From: Puniceicoccales bacterium
GTDB taxonomy: Bacteria > Verrucomicrobiota > Verrucomicrobiia > Opitutales > JAIRLM01
Length of the DNA stretch: 64,000 nucleotides
Assembly (NCBI GenBank): GCA_031278455.1
Contig: JAITKJ010000006.1
Coordinates: 5,704 to 69,703, forward strand
Reading direction: 5' to 3'
The translations under genes were made by a program, and so were the position numbers. Positions within the stretch are counted from its first letter, which is position 1. Each line of letters starts with the position of its first letter. The notes beneath the pieces were generated by a model. The model worked only from the letters and a program-made list of their open reading frames with translations. It was not told the DNA's origin and made no database searches. Below are positions 1-9,705 of this stretch, piece by piece.

Positions 1-574
1 AAGGAATAAGTTCCAAATTCCGAAAGTATTCTCGCAAGTAATTCGCCTAAAATTAAACGTTTACCGCCAATTCATTTTATAAATGGCTTCGCGCTGTCGA
101 CACTTTTCATTGTGCGAGATATTTTCGTTAAGAGAGATAAGTTTTTCAATAAAAACATACAACACGCGGCAAATCTGTTAACTCGCATCGCCGCACGTTA
201 TTTCTTTCGCGTGAAGAGCGCCGACCTCGTTGAAGGCCTCCCGTCGTTGGCTTTATCTGGATGAGCCATGTGTTTCGCCGATTCCTGGTGCGAAACACAT
301 TGATTCTGCATTATCAGTGGCTTCACGGCCGAATATATCCCCAAAAGTCACACAACTGGACGTATTTTAGAGCTTTCGCGGGGGGAATTTTGGGGATTTT
401 AGTACCCCAAAAATTATTCCGTTGCTGGAGCGGCCTGACGGGTTCGTCATAAAAAATCCATCCCTAAAATTCAAAAAAAATGATCTGAAGGGATTTTGGC
501 AACGCATTTCCGTGTCTGGGCGGCGCCTGAAAATTTTGGCTTTTTTGCCGCAGGACGGGAAGCCGCTCCAGCAG

Positions 575-650
575 TGGCGGGGGAGGAGGGACTCGAACCC
601 TCGACCTTTGGCTTAGAAGGCCACTGCTCTATCCGCTGAGCTACTCCCCC
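575..650 (-). tRNA. tRNA-Arg (anticodon UCU), 3' CCA encoded
   Basis: Manual cloverleaf of the reverse complement: acceptor GGGGGAG/CTCCCCC, D-arm GCTC-AGCGGATA-GAGC, anticodon arm GTGGC-CTTCTAA-GCCAA, T-arm GAGGG-TTCGAGT-CCCTC, discriminator G plus CCA; 76 nt. Confidence 0.9.
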
Positions 651-963
651 TCATCTCGCATCAAGTGTTTTGCATGAAAATTTGCAAGCTAACTTGCGCC
701 AACCAGTTTTAGATGGCGCAAAGTCTGTTTTGCATAAAAATTTTCGAGGTACCCATTTTTTGCTTTTGGCGATTATCCCATCGAATGTCCACCAAAAAGC
801 CTATCGCTTACAATGGCTAATTTGAATCTCTGCCAAATAGACACCGCAATTCTCGCATTTGTGAAAATTTATTATTTTTTTGCTTGAATTGCAGCGCCAC
901 ACAAAATCATCATGCGGGAATGACAGATGGATTTACGCACGAATCCGCGGCGGGCGCGTGGAT

Positions 964-1032
964 GGGCTCCTGAACAAAATCATCTATCCTTTTTCAAGTC
1001 TAGTTGATTTTGTTCAGGAGTCCATTTTTTTT
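964..1032 (+). terminator. Intrinsic-terminator-like hairpin (19-bp stem, 22-nt loop, T8 tract) with no CDS upstream on this strand
   Basis: 964-982 (GGGCTCCTGAACAAAATCA) pairs with 1005-1023 (TGATTTTGTTCAGGAGTCC) with one G:U pair. It is followed directly by A-TTTTTTTT (1024-1032). Confidence 0.6.
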
Positions 1033-1143
1033 GTAAAAATCAGATTACTTCGAAAAGTTTTTCATTAATAAACTAAAAAGCCCTGCTGTTCAAGAGACAA
1101 AAATCTTCTCATTTGCGGCAAAAGCGTGTAGGGAACCTAGACC

Positions 1144-2355
1144 GTGCGAGGGGTTGGGCTCAAAGGCTGGGAACGAGACTGGATCAATCCAGTTTGCATA
1201 GTCCTGTTAGTATTCATGGGCGTGATGTCCATTCGATCGGCGCAGCTCGCGATTCACGGCAGCCAATGGCGTGGGCAGCTGATTTGGTTCCTGCTAGGGG
1301 CCGCGTGCTATTTGCTATGCGCCCGGTGGCATTATTCGGTTTTTTTACGCTACGCACACTGGATTTACCTCCTCGGGATTTTTTCCCTGTTGATGCTTTG
1401 GTCGCCATTTGGCCTGCGCCGCTATGGTGCGTTGCGGTGGATTGGGCTGTTTGGTCTCTGCGTTCAACCGGCGGAGTTTGCGAAGTTTTCAACGCTGATT
1501 ATGCTGGCGGGAACGCTGACGGGGGCCAAAATGGGGCCCATTCGCGAATCGAAGTCACCGCTCATACAAGCATTTGTGATTTTCGCCATTCCGTGGTTTC
1601 TTATTTTCCTGCAGCCGGATCTAGGCTCTGCGCTCATCCTGCCGCCCATTCTTTTGGCCATGCTCTACGTTTCCGACCTATCCAGTCGCTTTTTTTTGGT
1701 CATTTTTGCCCTCGGAATCCTCGCGCTCAGTGCGGTTACCTGGGATCTTTATCGCTACCGCAACTTTTTAGACGCAAATGACCTTTCCCCGGGCGAGCAT
1801 GCGGGACTTTATCAAAAACACTCCTGGTTCCCGCTGAAGGACTATCAGCGAAATCGCATCATCGGATTCATTGCCCCGGAGCTGGTGGATCCGCAGGGAA
1901 CGGGAATTAGCTGGAACCTGCGCCAGTCACTTATCTCCATCGGATCCGGTGGATTTTGGGGCAAGGGGTACGGAAACGGCATGCAGGCGCAACTGGGCTA
2001 TTTGCCAAAGGCGGTATCGACAAATGATTTCCTGTTTTCCGTGCTCGGCGAGGAACGGGGGTTTCTTGGGGCATCGGCAGTGCTGTTGCTTCTGAGCACG
2101 CTCGTAGGAAATACCTTTCGCATCGCCGGCCTGGCCCACGACCGCTTTGGCCGCTATTTGGCCGTGGGCATTGGGGTGTTTTTTCTCATGCACATGCTGA
2201 TTAACACGGGAATGACCCTTGGCCTCATGCCGATTACCGGCGTGCCCCTGCCATTTTTGAGTTACGGCGGGAGTTTCCTTATCGTATGTTGCATTTTGCA
2301 AGGAATCGTGCAGAGCGTCTATCGGCGGCGGCGTAACGTGGACCGCGAGGGATAG
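1144..2355 (+). CDS. rodA: SEDS-family peptidoglycan glycosyltransferase (RodA/FtsW/SpoVE)
   Basis: 403-aa polytopic ORF with GTG start. Motifs QPDLGSALIL and SIGSGGFWGKGYGNGMQAQLGYLP...NDFLFSVLGEERGF are typical of RodA/FtsW; the IGSGG..GKG form is closer to RodA. Confidence 0.8.
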   Translation: MRGVGLKGWERDWINPVCIVLLVFMGVMSIRSAQLAIHGSQWRGQLIWFLLGAACYLLCARWHYSVFLRYAHWIYLLGIFSLLMLWSPFGLRRYGALRWIGLFGLCVQPAEFAKFSTLIMLAGTLTGAKMGPIRESKSPLIQAFVIFAIPWFLIFLQPDLGSALILPPILLAMLYVSDLSSRFFLVIFALGILALSAVTWDLYRYRNFLDANDLSPGEHAGLYQKHSWFPLKDYQRNRIIGFIAPELVDPQGTGISWNLRQSLISIGSGGFWGKGYGNGMQAQLGYLPKAVSTNDFLFSVLGEERGFLGASAVLLLLSTLVGNTFRIAGLAHDRFGRYLAVGIGVFFLMHMLINTGMTLGLMPITGVPLPFLSYGGSFLIVCCILQGIVQSVYRRRRNVDREG

Positions 2356-2381
2356 GGTGGAAATGAAAATTTTTGGTATTT

Positions 2382-4046
2382 ATGAAAAACTCTAACAATT
2401 CACCGTGCCAAGATTCAGGATCGTGCGGAGAAAAAATTGACGAACGGGAGCTCAAGGACGGCTCGAAGGAACGGGCAAAGGACCAGTCGCTCCTCCAGCG
2501 CATCATAAAAGGTTTAACCCGCAGTGACCGGAAATTTCGCGAAATCGTCATTAGCCGCCAGCTGGGCATAACCCGCGTCGCCGTGCTCATCGACGGCATA
2601 ATGGAAAATTTTGAAACGGATGCGTACCGGGGCGCGGACCTGGTCGGAGCCATTTTCAAAGGACGCATCCAAAAGCTGGAGGATGGGCTGAAAGCGGCTT
2701 TTGTCATCACTGGGCAGGAGAAAAATGCATTTCTTCATTACTGGGACATGCTCCCGGCGGCCAATGATAGCTTTGAAGTTATCACTAAAGACCCGGCAAA
2801 ATCTAAAATTACCCCGGATGACATTCCCCGCATGTATCCGGTTGGTACGGAAGTTTTGGTACAAGTTTCAAAAGCCCAAATGGGAACCAAGGGTGCCCGG
2901 GTCACCACGAATATCACTATCACCGGCCGCTATCTCATACTCACCCCATTCAATGGACAGTGTGGCATATCGCGAAAGATCGAGGATGAAAAGGAACGGG
3001 AGCGGCTCAAGGGCATTTTGGAAAAATTAGCCGTCCCCAGTGGCATGGGAATCGTCATCCGTTCCTCTGGAGCAGAAAAGAAGCTGAAGTTTTTCATGCG
3101 CGACCTGTCCATCTTACTTTCCCGATGGAAGGCCATTTCAAAAAAATCGAGTGAAATGGAAAACATGGGATTGGTCTATCGGGAGCCGGGACTCATTGGC
3201 CGGTCTGTTCGGGATTTTCTGACCGATGACGTGGACCACATCGTGACCGATTCGCCGCAGGTTTTTGACGAAATCGTTTCCGAAATCAATGAAATCGCGC
3301 CGCAGCTGCGGGGAAAGGTGGAACTCTATGAAGGTGATGCGCCGATTTTGGAACATTTTAATGTCGAGATGCAGATACAGCGCACATTCAGCCGGCGCCT
3401 ACCCCTGCCGTCCGGTGGAGAAATTGTTTTGGAGGAAACGGAGGCGCTCATCGCCATAGATGTAAACACAAGCTCGCACAAGGCCGCAAAGGATGATGGG
3501 AAAAATCTCATCCTACAGGTTAACCTGGAAGCCACGAGGGAAATCGTTCGTCAAATGCGGCTGCGAAACCTGGGCGGGCTTATCATCATCGACTTCATCG
3601 ACATGAAAAACAAGGCCGACCAGAAACAAGTTTTTGATGCCATGCAGGAGTTGATGGCCCAGGACAGCGCCAGGTTTCAAATTTTACCCATTTCGCCCAT
3701 GGGAATCATGCAAATTACCCGACAGCGCCATTCCCAAAGTATGAGCCGGGAGATGCGCATTTGCTGCCCCTATTGTTCTGGTCGGGGGACTGTCCAGTCC
3801 CCACAGGCCACGGCCATGGTCCTTCAACTGGAAATTTTACGCACCCTCGGCAAATTGCGCAAGGATGGTAACGACGGTCGCACGCGTACGTTGAAAATTT
3901 TTCTCCATCCGCACGTATTAGAGGTTCTCCGGCAGCAAGGGCGGCAAATTCTCGAAAATTTGGAGGATGCCTACGGTGCCAGACTTTTTTTCCAGGGGGA
4001 CGAAACTTCTCATCTGGAGAGTTATAAAATTCTCAAAGAAGTTTAA
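2382..4046 (+). CDS. rng: Rne/Rng-family ribonuclease (RNase G-like)
   Basis: Has an S1-like N-terminal region and the catalytic core LIAIDVNT...GLIIIDFIDM characteristic of RNase E/G. The ATG at 2382 is preferred to the TTG at 2373. Confidence 0.85.
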   Translation: MKNSNNSPCQDSGSCGEKIDERELKDGSKERAKDQSLLQRIIKGLTRSDRKFREIVISRQLGITRVAVLIDGIMENFETDAYRGADLVGAIFKGRIQKLEDGLKAAFVITGQEKNAFLHYWDMLPAANDSFEVITKDPAKSKITPDDIPRMYPVGTEVLVQVSKAQMGTKGARVTTNITITGRYLILTPFNGQCGISRKIEDEKERERLKGILEKLAVPSGMGIVIRSSGAEKKLKFFMRDLSILLSRWKAISKKSSEMENMGLVYREPGLIGRSVRDFLTDDVDHIVTDSPQVFDEIVSEINEIAPQLRGKVELYEGDAPILEHFNVEMQIQRTFSRRLPLPSGGEIVLEETEALIAIDVNTSSHKAAKDDGKNLILQVNLEATREIVRQMRLRNLGGLIIIDFIDMKNKADQKQVFDAMQELMAQDSARFQILPISPMGIMQITRQRHSQSMSREMRICCPYCSGRGTVQSPQATAMVLQLEILRTLGKLRKDGNDGRTRTLKIFLHPHVLEVLRQQGRQILENLEDAYGARLFFQGDETSHLESYKILKEV

Positions 4047-4135
4047 AGATCTTGGACAACTGCAATTGCTTTCATGCTCTTTTTGCCAAACAACATTGCA
4101 GAAAAATTTCACATTGACAAAGTTCTTCTAATGTT

Positions 4136-5254
4136 TTGAAATTTCCGTTCATGCCAGGAACAATTGGAGCCGTGCGAAGTTCGCCACTTGCACCTCCGAA
4201 GCACCAATTAGCACCAACTAATAGCGTAACGACCGCCAGGATTGTTGCTTCGGTCATAGGCGCCATACCCATTGCCATCATTGGCATACCAATCCGCTTG
4301 GTTTGGCTGGTTGTTATTTTAGTGAAAAGTCTTTATTTATTTGCCATTGGGCGCGCTATGGAGGCTTCCAATTCCTTGGAATGTTATTGGAAAAACACGG
4401 TCACTTTAATTTTGCTGCCATATAGGATTTATTCGTTCCTTTCCCCAGTCCGCCGCAATGTTACGAACTCGCCGAATTTCGTTAATCTTGCCGCCGCTGG
4501 CGGCAAGGGCAAACCAGAGATTCCCAAAGAGTTTAACCCCACGAGGGTAAGGGTCATCGGCACGGCTGCAAAATTTTCTGAGGATATATGGAATTTTACA
4601 GGTGATACGAGCCAAACAACGTGGCCCAACATGAACGGTGCCACGTGCAGAGAAATGGATCACAACTTTACCAAAGAAGAAGCCGAGGCGGCTGGAATCA
4701 TTGATCCGCACCCTAACGATCCTCGTCCAATTCGCCCGCTATTTATTGGTATTCGGGGGACGTGTAATCGATTAGAAGTGCTCGAATGCGTGTACAATTT
4801 TTTCGGCGGCCGCGCAGAAAATTTTGCCCCGATCGAAGCCTTTGTGGCAAAAGCACAGGAAGAAATTAACAGAAAAAATGCCACCCAGACCGCATATCGT
4901 TATGTGCCCGTCCTGGTTGGCCATTCAATGGGTGGCGCATTTGCATCTGCCATCGCAGTCAAAGAGGGTATATCTTCAATTACTTTTAACTCAATGGGAT
5001 GGGGTTCAGAATTGTACGAAAATGTCGGAGATTCTGCGATTCGCAAGGCTGCAACGGCCGGCAATCCAGGTAATATCGAAATAAGCGTCGCTGGCTGCCA
5101 TGTATCTGATCCAAACGCATTTATTTTTCAAAAGATGCCCGTGAAAACCTTCCATTTGCCAAATTGTACAGAGTCGGCACATATACACATGTGCGTTGGC
5201 CATACATGGAGGACTTATTGCCAACATGCAGGACTGATTCCAGCGAATCACTAG
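4136..5254 (+). CDS. Membrane-anchored alpha/beta-hydrolase, class-3-lipase-like
   Basis: Paired hydrophobic segments IVASVIGAIPIAIIGIPI-R-LVWLVVILVKSLYLFAIG near the N-terminus. The C-terminal domain has the nucleophile elbow VLVGHSMGGAFA, plus later Asp (VSDPNAF) and His (ESAHIHM) candidates. Confidence 0.65.
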   Translation: MKFPFMPGTIGAVRSSPLAPPKHQLAPTNSVTTARIVASVIGAIPIAIIGIPIRLVWLVVILVKSLYLFAIGRAMEASNSLECYWKNTVTLILLPYRIYSFLSPVRRNVTNSPNFVNLAAAGGKGKPEIPKEFNPTRVRVIGTAAKFSEDIWNFTGDTSQTTWPNMNGATCREMDHNFTKEEAEAAGIIDPHPNDPRPIRPLFIGIRGTCNRLEVLECVYNFFGGRAENFAPIEAFVAKAQEEINRKNATQTAYRYVPVLVGHSMGGAFASAIAVKEGISSITFNSMGWGSELYENVGDSAIRKAATAGNPGNIEISVAGCHVSDPNAFIFQKMPVKTFHLPNCTESAHIHMCVGHTWRTYCQHAGLIPANH

Positions 5255-5264
5255 CAAAAGTCGG

Positions 5265-5912
5265 TTATTTTATTCCAATCGATGGTTTTTCCGTTGGTGG
5301 CGGAGGAACGAGGGCACCACCGGAAATGATAGCTTTCATGGCATCGGAGATAGACATGTGCAGCGGCCTACAGCTGCTTCGTTTGACAAAAATAAGAAAC
5401 CCGGAGGTTGGGTTCGGCGTCGTCGGAACAAATACGCATAGGCTGTCTTTTCCGCAAAAACCAGCTAATTCCCCTTCCGCGTTGCTCGTCACAAAGCCTA
5501 TGGCGCTGGACCCGCTTGCCGGAAATTCCACCAGAACAACCTCTTGAAAAAGGACGCCTTTTCCATTGGAAAAAGTTCCAACAATTTGCTTGGAAGTGTT
5601 ATATAAGGTGCGGATAAACGGCAATCGATCGATGATTTTTTCCGTTCCACGAATGAAGAGCCTTCCCAGAAAATACCGTGAAACATGCCCAATTAGCGCA
5701 ATGAACACTAGCACCAAAAGCGTTGCGAAAAAATTAATCAGGGAAACCATGAAGGTTTTCGACGGAACGAATTGCGGGAAGGCGTGAAAAAAAACCTGAC
5801 TTGCCGGCGCACCAACCTTATCCACTAGAAATTTTACCAAAAATATGGTTATCCCAAGGGGCAGAAATGTTAAAAGCCCCGCGAGGAACGCATTTCTAAA
5901 TGATCGAAACAC
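5265..5912 (-). CDS. DUF502-family integral membrane protein
   Basis: The N-terminus FLAGLLTFLPLGITIFLVKFLVDKV and overall size and topology resemble DUF502 proteins. Confidence 0.65.
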   Translation of the reverse strand: MFRSFRNAFLAGLLTFLPLGITIFLVKFLVDKVGAPASQVFFHAFPQFVPSKTFMVSLINFFATLLVLVFIALIGHVSRYFLGRLFIRGTEKIIDRLPFIRTLYNTSKQIVGTFSNGKGVLFQEVVLVEFPASGSSAIGFVTSNAEGELAGFCGKDSLCVFVPTTPNPTSGFLIFVKRSSCRPLHMSISDAMKAIISGGALVPPPPTEKPSIGIK

Positions 5913-5957
5913 AACATATCCCAGATAAATGTATGATCTATACGGCGCAATTCATTT

Positions 5958-7997
5958 TTAATGACCGGAAAGCGCGACCACCTGCTCTTCGTCAAGTGTG
6001 AGAATGCCAAGCCGTTCCGCATCAGCCAACTTACTTCCTGGACTTTCTCCTACGAGAACCGCGTGGGTTTTGGCCGAAACGCTTCCCTTGACGTTCCCGC
6101 CCGCCCGTTCAATTCGCTGCTTCAATTCTTCCCGCGTGTAGGCACGAAAGGTTCCGGTGATGACAAAATTTTTTCCGGCAAAAAACGAGGCCTTATCGGC
6201 GGAATTCGACTCTTTAATCGAGTCTTCCATGGAAAGGCCTAATGCCGCCAGTTCGCCAATGAGTTGGCGATTCGCTGGGTCGCCAAAAAAAGAACAAATA
6301 CTGCTGGCGACGATATTGCCGACCCCTTCGCAGGATTGCAATTCATCCAATTTAGCCGCCATGAGTGCCTCCATGGAACTCCACCTCCGGGTTAGGAGTT
6401 TTGCCGTTTGCGCGCCCACGTGGGGAATTCCCAATCCGTGCAATAAACGCCAGAGTTGTCGATGTTTACCCAATTCGATGGCTTCTAGAAGTGCATTCGC
6501 GGATTTTTCCTTTGTGTTTGGCAGCTGCAAAAGCGCTGCTTTTGTCAACCGAAAGATATCACTAAACCGCTCCAGCAACCTCGCATCACGCAATTGTTCA
6601 ATACGTTGGGGGCCGAGGGTATCGATATCCAGCGCCTGCTTGGAGGCAAAATGCTCCAAACGCCGGGCAATTTGCGGCGGGCAATTGGGATTCAGGCAGC
6701 GATAGGCCACTTCGCCATCCAATCGTTTTAGCGAATCATTGCACGCTGGACAAAATTCCGGATAAATAAAGGGTCTAGCATCAATCGGGCGACGGCCGGG
6801 GACAATGCCAACAATGGCCGGAATAACCTCACCGGCTTTTTCCAGGACAACAAAATCTCCCACACGTATGTCCTTGCGAGCAATTTCATTGGCGTTGTGT
6901 AGGGTGGCATGGCGGACGATCGTACCACAAATTGGAATCGGCTCCAGATGGGCGACCGGGGCAACAATTCCCGTCCTACCTACGCTAAGTTCAATGGATA
7001 ACAACCGTGTGACGACCCGCTCGGGGCAATACTTATAAGCCATTGCCCACCGCGGTGCCGACGAAATGGCCCCCAACTTATCACGTAGCGCGCGCTCATT
7101 TACTTTGATAACAGCACCATCGGTGGCAAATTTGTAAGATCTCCGCTCGCGGTCGTAGTATTCCACCGCCGACCAAATGTCTGCAAAATTCTGAGCAACC
7201 CGATGCACATTGGTCGGAATTCCGCAATGTTCCAGAAAGTAAAGGACTTCCTCATGCTTAGGAAATTCCCTGGAACAGGAACCAATTTCATAGGCAACAA
7301 ATCGTAAACGCCGCTGGTGCGTTAACTTTGGATCCAATAATTTAAGACTTCCAGCGGCCAAATTCCGCGCATTGGCAAACACGTCTAGTCCTTCCCGCTG
7401 ACGCTGATCATTGATTTCTTCAAAATCTGCCAGCGTGATGTAGACTTCCCCGCGAACTTCCAACAATGCAGGGAAATCTTTCCTTTCAATGGAATGCGGA
7501 AGCCCGATGATGGTTTTCGCGTTATGAGTAACGTCGTCACCCTCACTTCCATTACCCCTGGTAACTCCGCAGACAAGCGCGCCGTTTTCAAAAATAAGAC
7601 TCAGCGCCGCGCCATCGATTTTGGGTTCAACGACGAAGGAAACCTCCGCGCCACAAGAGTCGCAAACCCGATCCACAAAGGCCCGTAACTCGTCCGCATT
7701 GTAGGTATTTCCGAGACTGAGCATGGGAATGCGGTGGGGAACTTTCCGGAAGCCCTTCCTTCTATCATCACCAACATCGGCTGCCGACGCCTGTGTCCGC
7801 AGAAAAGGATACTCTTTTAGTAATTCCCGGTGCTTTTTTTTGAGCTGATCATATTCCCAGTCGGAAATTTCCGGTGATGATTTTCCGTAATAAAGTCCAT
7901 CATGGCGGGTAATCGCGGCTTCCAGATTGCGAAATCCTTGCCAAATATCATCCTGCTCCAATCCAAGCGGCAATTCATTATCCATTGCGAAAATCAT
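5958..7997 (-). CDS. ligA: NAD-dependent DNA ligase
   Basis: 679 aa. Has the adenylation motif EPKIDGAA, a Zn-finger CPACNDSLKRLDGEVAYRCLNPNCP, HhH repeats and a C-terminal BRCT (FVITGTF...). Confidence 0.95.
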   Translation of the reverse strand: MIFAMDNELPLGLEQDDIWQGFRNLEAAITRHDGLYYGKSSPEISDWEYDQLKKKHRELLKEYPFLRTQASAADVGDDRRKGFRKVPHRIPMLSLGNTYNADELRAFVDRVCDSCGAEVSFVVEPKIDGAALSLIFENGALVCGVTRGNGSEGDDVTHNAKTIIGLPHSIERKDFPALLEVRGEVYITLADFEEINDQRQREGLDVFANARNLAAGSLKLLDPKLTHQRRLRFVAYEIGSCSREFPKHEEVLYFLEHCGIPTNVHRVAQNFADIWSAVEYYDRERRSYKFATDGAVIKVNERALRDKLGAISSAPRWAMAYKYCPERVVTRLLSIELSVGRTGIVAPVAHLEPIPICGTIVRHATLHNANEIARKDIRVGDFVVLEKAGEVIPAIVGIVPGRRPIDARPFIYPEFCPACNDSLKRLDGEVAYRCLNPNCPPQIARRLEHFASKQALDIDTLGPQRIEQLRDARLLERFSDIFRLTKAALLQLPNTKEKSANALLEAIELGKHRQLWRLLHGLGIPHVGAQTAKLLTRRWSSMEALMAAKLDELQSCEGVGNIVASSICSFFGDPANRQLIGELAALGLSMEDSIKESNSADKASFFAGKNFVITGTFRAYTREELKQRIERAGGNVKGSVSAKTHAVLVGESPGSKLADAERLGILTLDEEQVVALSGH

Positions 7998-8036
7998 TGG
8001 CCCAGACGGTTTGGCCGCAACGTGTGACAGTTTTCA

Positions 8037-9554
8037 CTAAAAATGACAAGCCATCATCGAGCTTTTTAGTTCATGCTTTCCCTCTGAATCGCAAATGGCC
8101 GATGTGAAAGCCATCCCATATGCATGGGCGCAGTGTGGAGCCGTAATTCTTGCTGGATTTTTTTTCGCATAATCATCTATGAATTTTTCAGAGATCATGA
8201 GTCCAGCATTAATTTCCATGGTCCCATTTCCGCTTATGTCAAAGTTGAGTGTGCTTGTGCGCACAGCGTGACCTTTGATATTATTGCTATAAGCTCCCGC
8301 CACCGCAGCATTTCCGTCGTCCAATAGTTCCATGTGATATGCTGACATTGGACGGCTACATTCCCCTTGCATGTAATGAAATCGGCATACTGCCTTAAAT
8401 GCATTTAAGGCCTGTTCTGGGCTGAGACCGGAATCTTTCAACTTGCATAAGATAAATTTTGCGGCGGTTTTCCCATCACTCCTCTTATCTTTTATATACT
8501 CATCCATATTTATAGGGATTCCATTGATTTTTATAATGATATGCTTGGACATGCGGTTAATGTCGCTAAAAAGCATATGTGTCCCAATCTTGTCGCTTAT
8601 TTCTTCCAAATAGCTGTTGAAAATTTCGGTGTTTTCAAAAAATTTTGCCCCACCAGGCATGGGATCCGCTGTTAAAGCCGCGATGGCAGATTCGCCCACA
8701 AGAGCATCATTACTTTTGCGGGACACGCGGTCGGAAAAGCTTCTTACTGAATACTCAGAATGTTGTAAATAGTCATTCATGTTTAAATTGGTAAACTTCG
8801 TTCCACCGACGGTATTAGCGCATAAATCCTCGAAAAACTCCGACTCAAGCTCCATGCCAATCTTGCACGCGCCAAGAAGTGCCGCCATGGCTATGTCTCC
8901 ATTTTTTGATGCCAAGGCGCGAAGAATAATTATCTGGGCATCGGGGGCTTGTTTTTTAATAAACTCGACCATTCCGGAGTTTGGGTCCAAAAATTGCTGC
9001 CGAATCTCTTTGTGGCCATTTGGTATTTTTTCTCCGGCACTTTCACGTGCCCTACTGCCCAAATTCGCAATAGCAATAAGCGCATCCTGAGGAGATTGCA
9101 TAGTGGCGACTGTTTTTGCCCCATTGAAACATTCAATTGCAGTATCGCGGAGCTCATCATTCCGGCAAATTTCAGCATTAACCGCTTGCTCGTGAACTGC
9201 GCGGCTTTCTGGAAACAGACGCGATATTTTTTGCGCCCATGGACCCTTGGTATGGTCAATTGTTAACATGTCCGTAATTGAAGAGGTAATAGATGGCATT
9301 ATTTTGCTGAAAAATTTTTCTACGCACTGCGGCATGATGCATGAACACCATTCTTTAAAGCAATTGACTATCTTCTGAAAAATCTCTTTTCTTGTTGACG
9401 TTTGCGGCGAACTACACTTTGTTTCCACATGCTGCGTCGAATTGTTAGAGGTTATTGTGCGCGAATTGTCAACTACCGCTTTAGGCTGAGACGCCTCAGC
9501 GGTAGCGACAGGTGGACTGAATCCAGTCCCAACATACGGAGGCATTTTTATCAC
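8037..9554 (-). CDS. Hypothetical protein (505 aa), no recognisable domain; candidate secreted effector, co-oriented downstream of the USP-like gene
   Basis: Long uninterrupted ORF with a Ser/Thr/Pro-rich, probably disordered N-terminus and no TM segments. It lies about 150 bp downstream of 9706-11337 on the same strand. Confidence 0.6.
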   Translation of the reverse strand: MIKMPPYVGTGFSPPVATAEASQPKAVVDNSRTITSNNSTQHVETKCSSPQTSTRKEIFQKIVNCFKEWCSCIMPQCVEKFFSKIMPSITSSITDMLTIDHTKGPWAQKISRLFPESRAVHEQAVNAEICRNDELRDTAIECFNGAKTVATMQSPQDALIAIANLGSRARESAGEKIPNGHKEIRQQFLDPNSGMVEFIKKQAPDAQIIILRALASKNGDIAMAALLGACKIGMELESEFFEDLCANTVGGTKFTNLNMNDYLQHSEYSVRSFSDRVSRKSNDALVGESAIAALTADPMPGGAKFFENTEIFNSYLEEISDKIGTHMLFSDINRMSKHIIIKINGIPINMDEYIKDKRSDGKTAAKFILCKLKDSGLSPEQALNAFKAVCRFHYMQGECSRPMSAYHMELLDDGNAAVAGAYSNNIKGHAVRTSTLNFDISGNGTMEINAGLMISEKFIDDYAKKNPARITAPHCAHAYGMAFTSAICDSEGKHELKSSMMACHF

Positions 9555-9705
9555 GATGTAGATTTTATACGTTCCTTGATCTAGCGTAAAGCAAATTATG
9601 CAAAAGTCTTGCCTCGCACTAGATTTATTCCAGACTTTCTGATATGTTATCTACTAGATCTTCAATAAAAAATTTTGCATTTCGAGACTTGCCGCGTTGA
9701 TGATG

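Noticed and set aside
1-574. Possible gene running off the left edge, or an island attached to the tRNA-Arg 3' side
   Set aside because: All six frames are interrupted by stops within ~40 codons, and the ORFs at 261-452 and 422-616 have implausible composition, with the latter running into the tRNA. No repeat of the tRNA 3' end was seen, so the segment is left as unannotated or decayed.
1113-1781. 222-aa + ORF overlapping the 5' half of the rodA-like gene, plus the many other ORF-track entries nested in or antisense to dnaK, groEL, the RND pump, ligA, feoB and others
   Set aside because: They are alternative-frame or antisense ORFs inside genes with unmistakable family motifs. Their compositions (Arg/Pro/Ser-rich) are typical of off-frame translation.
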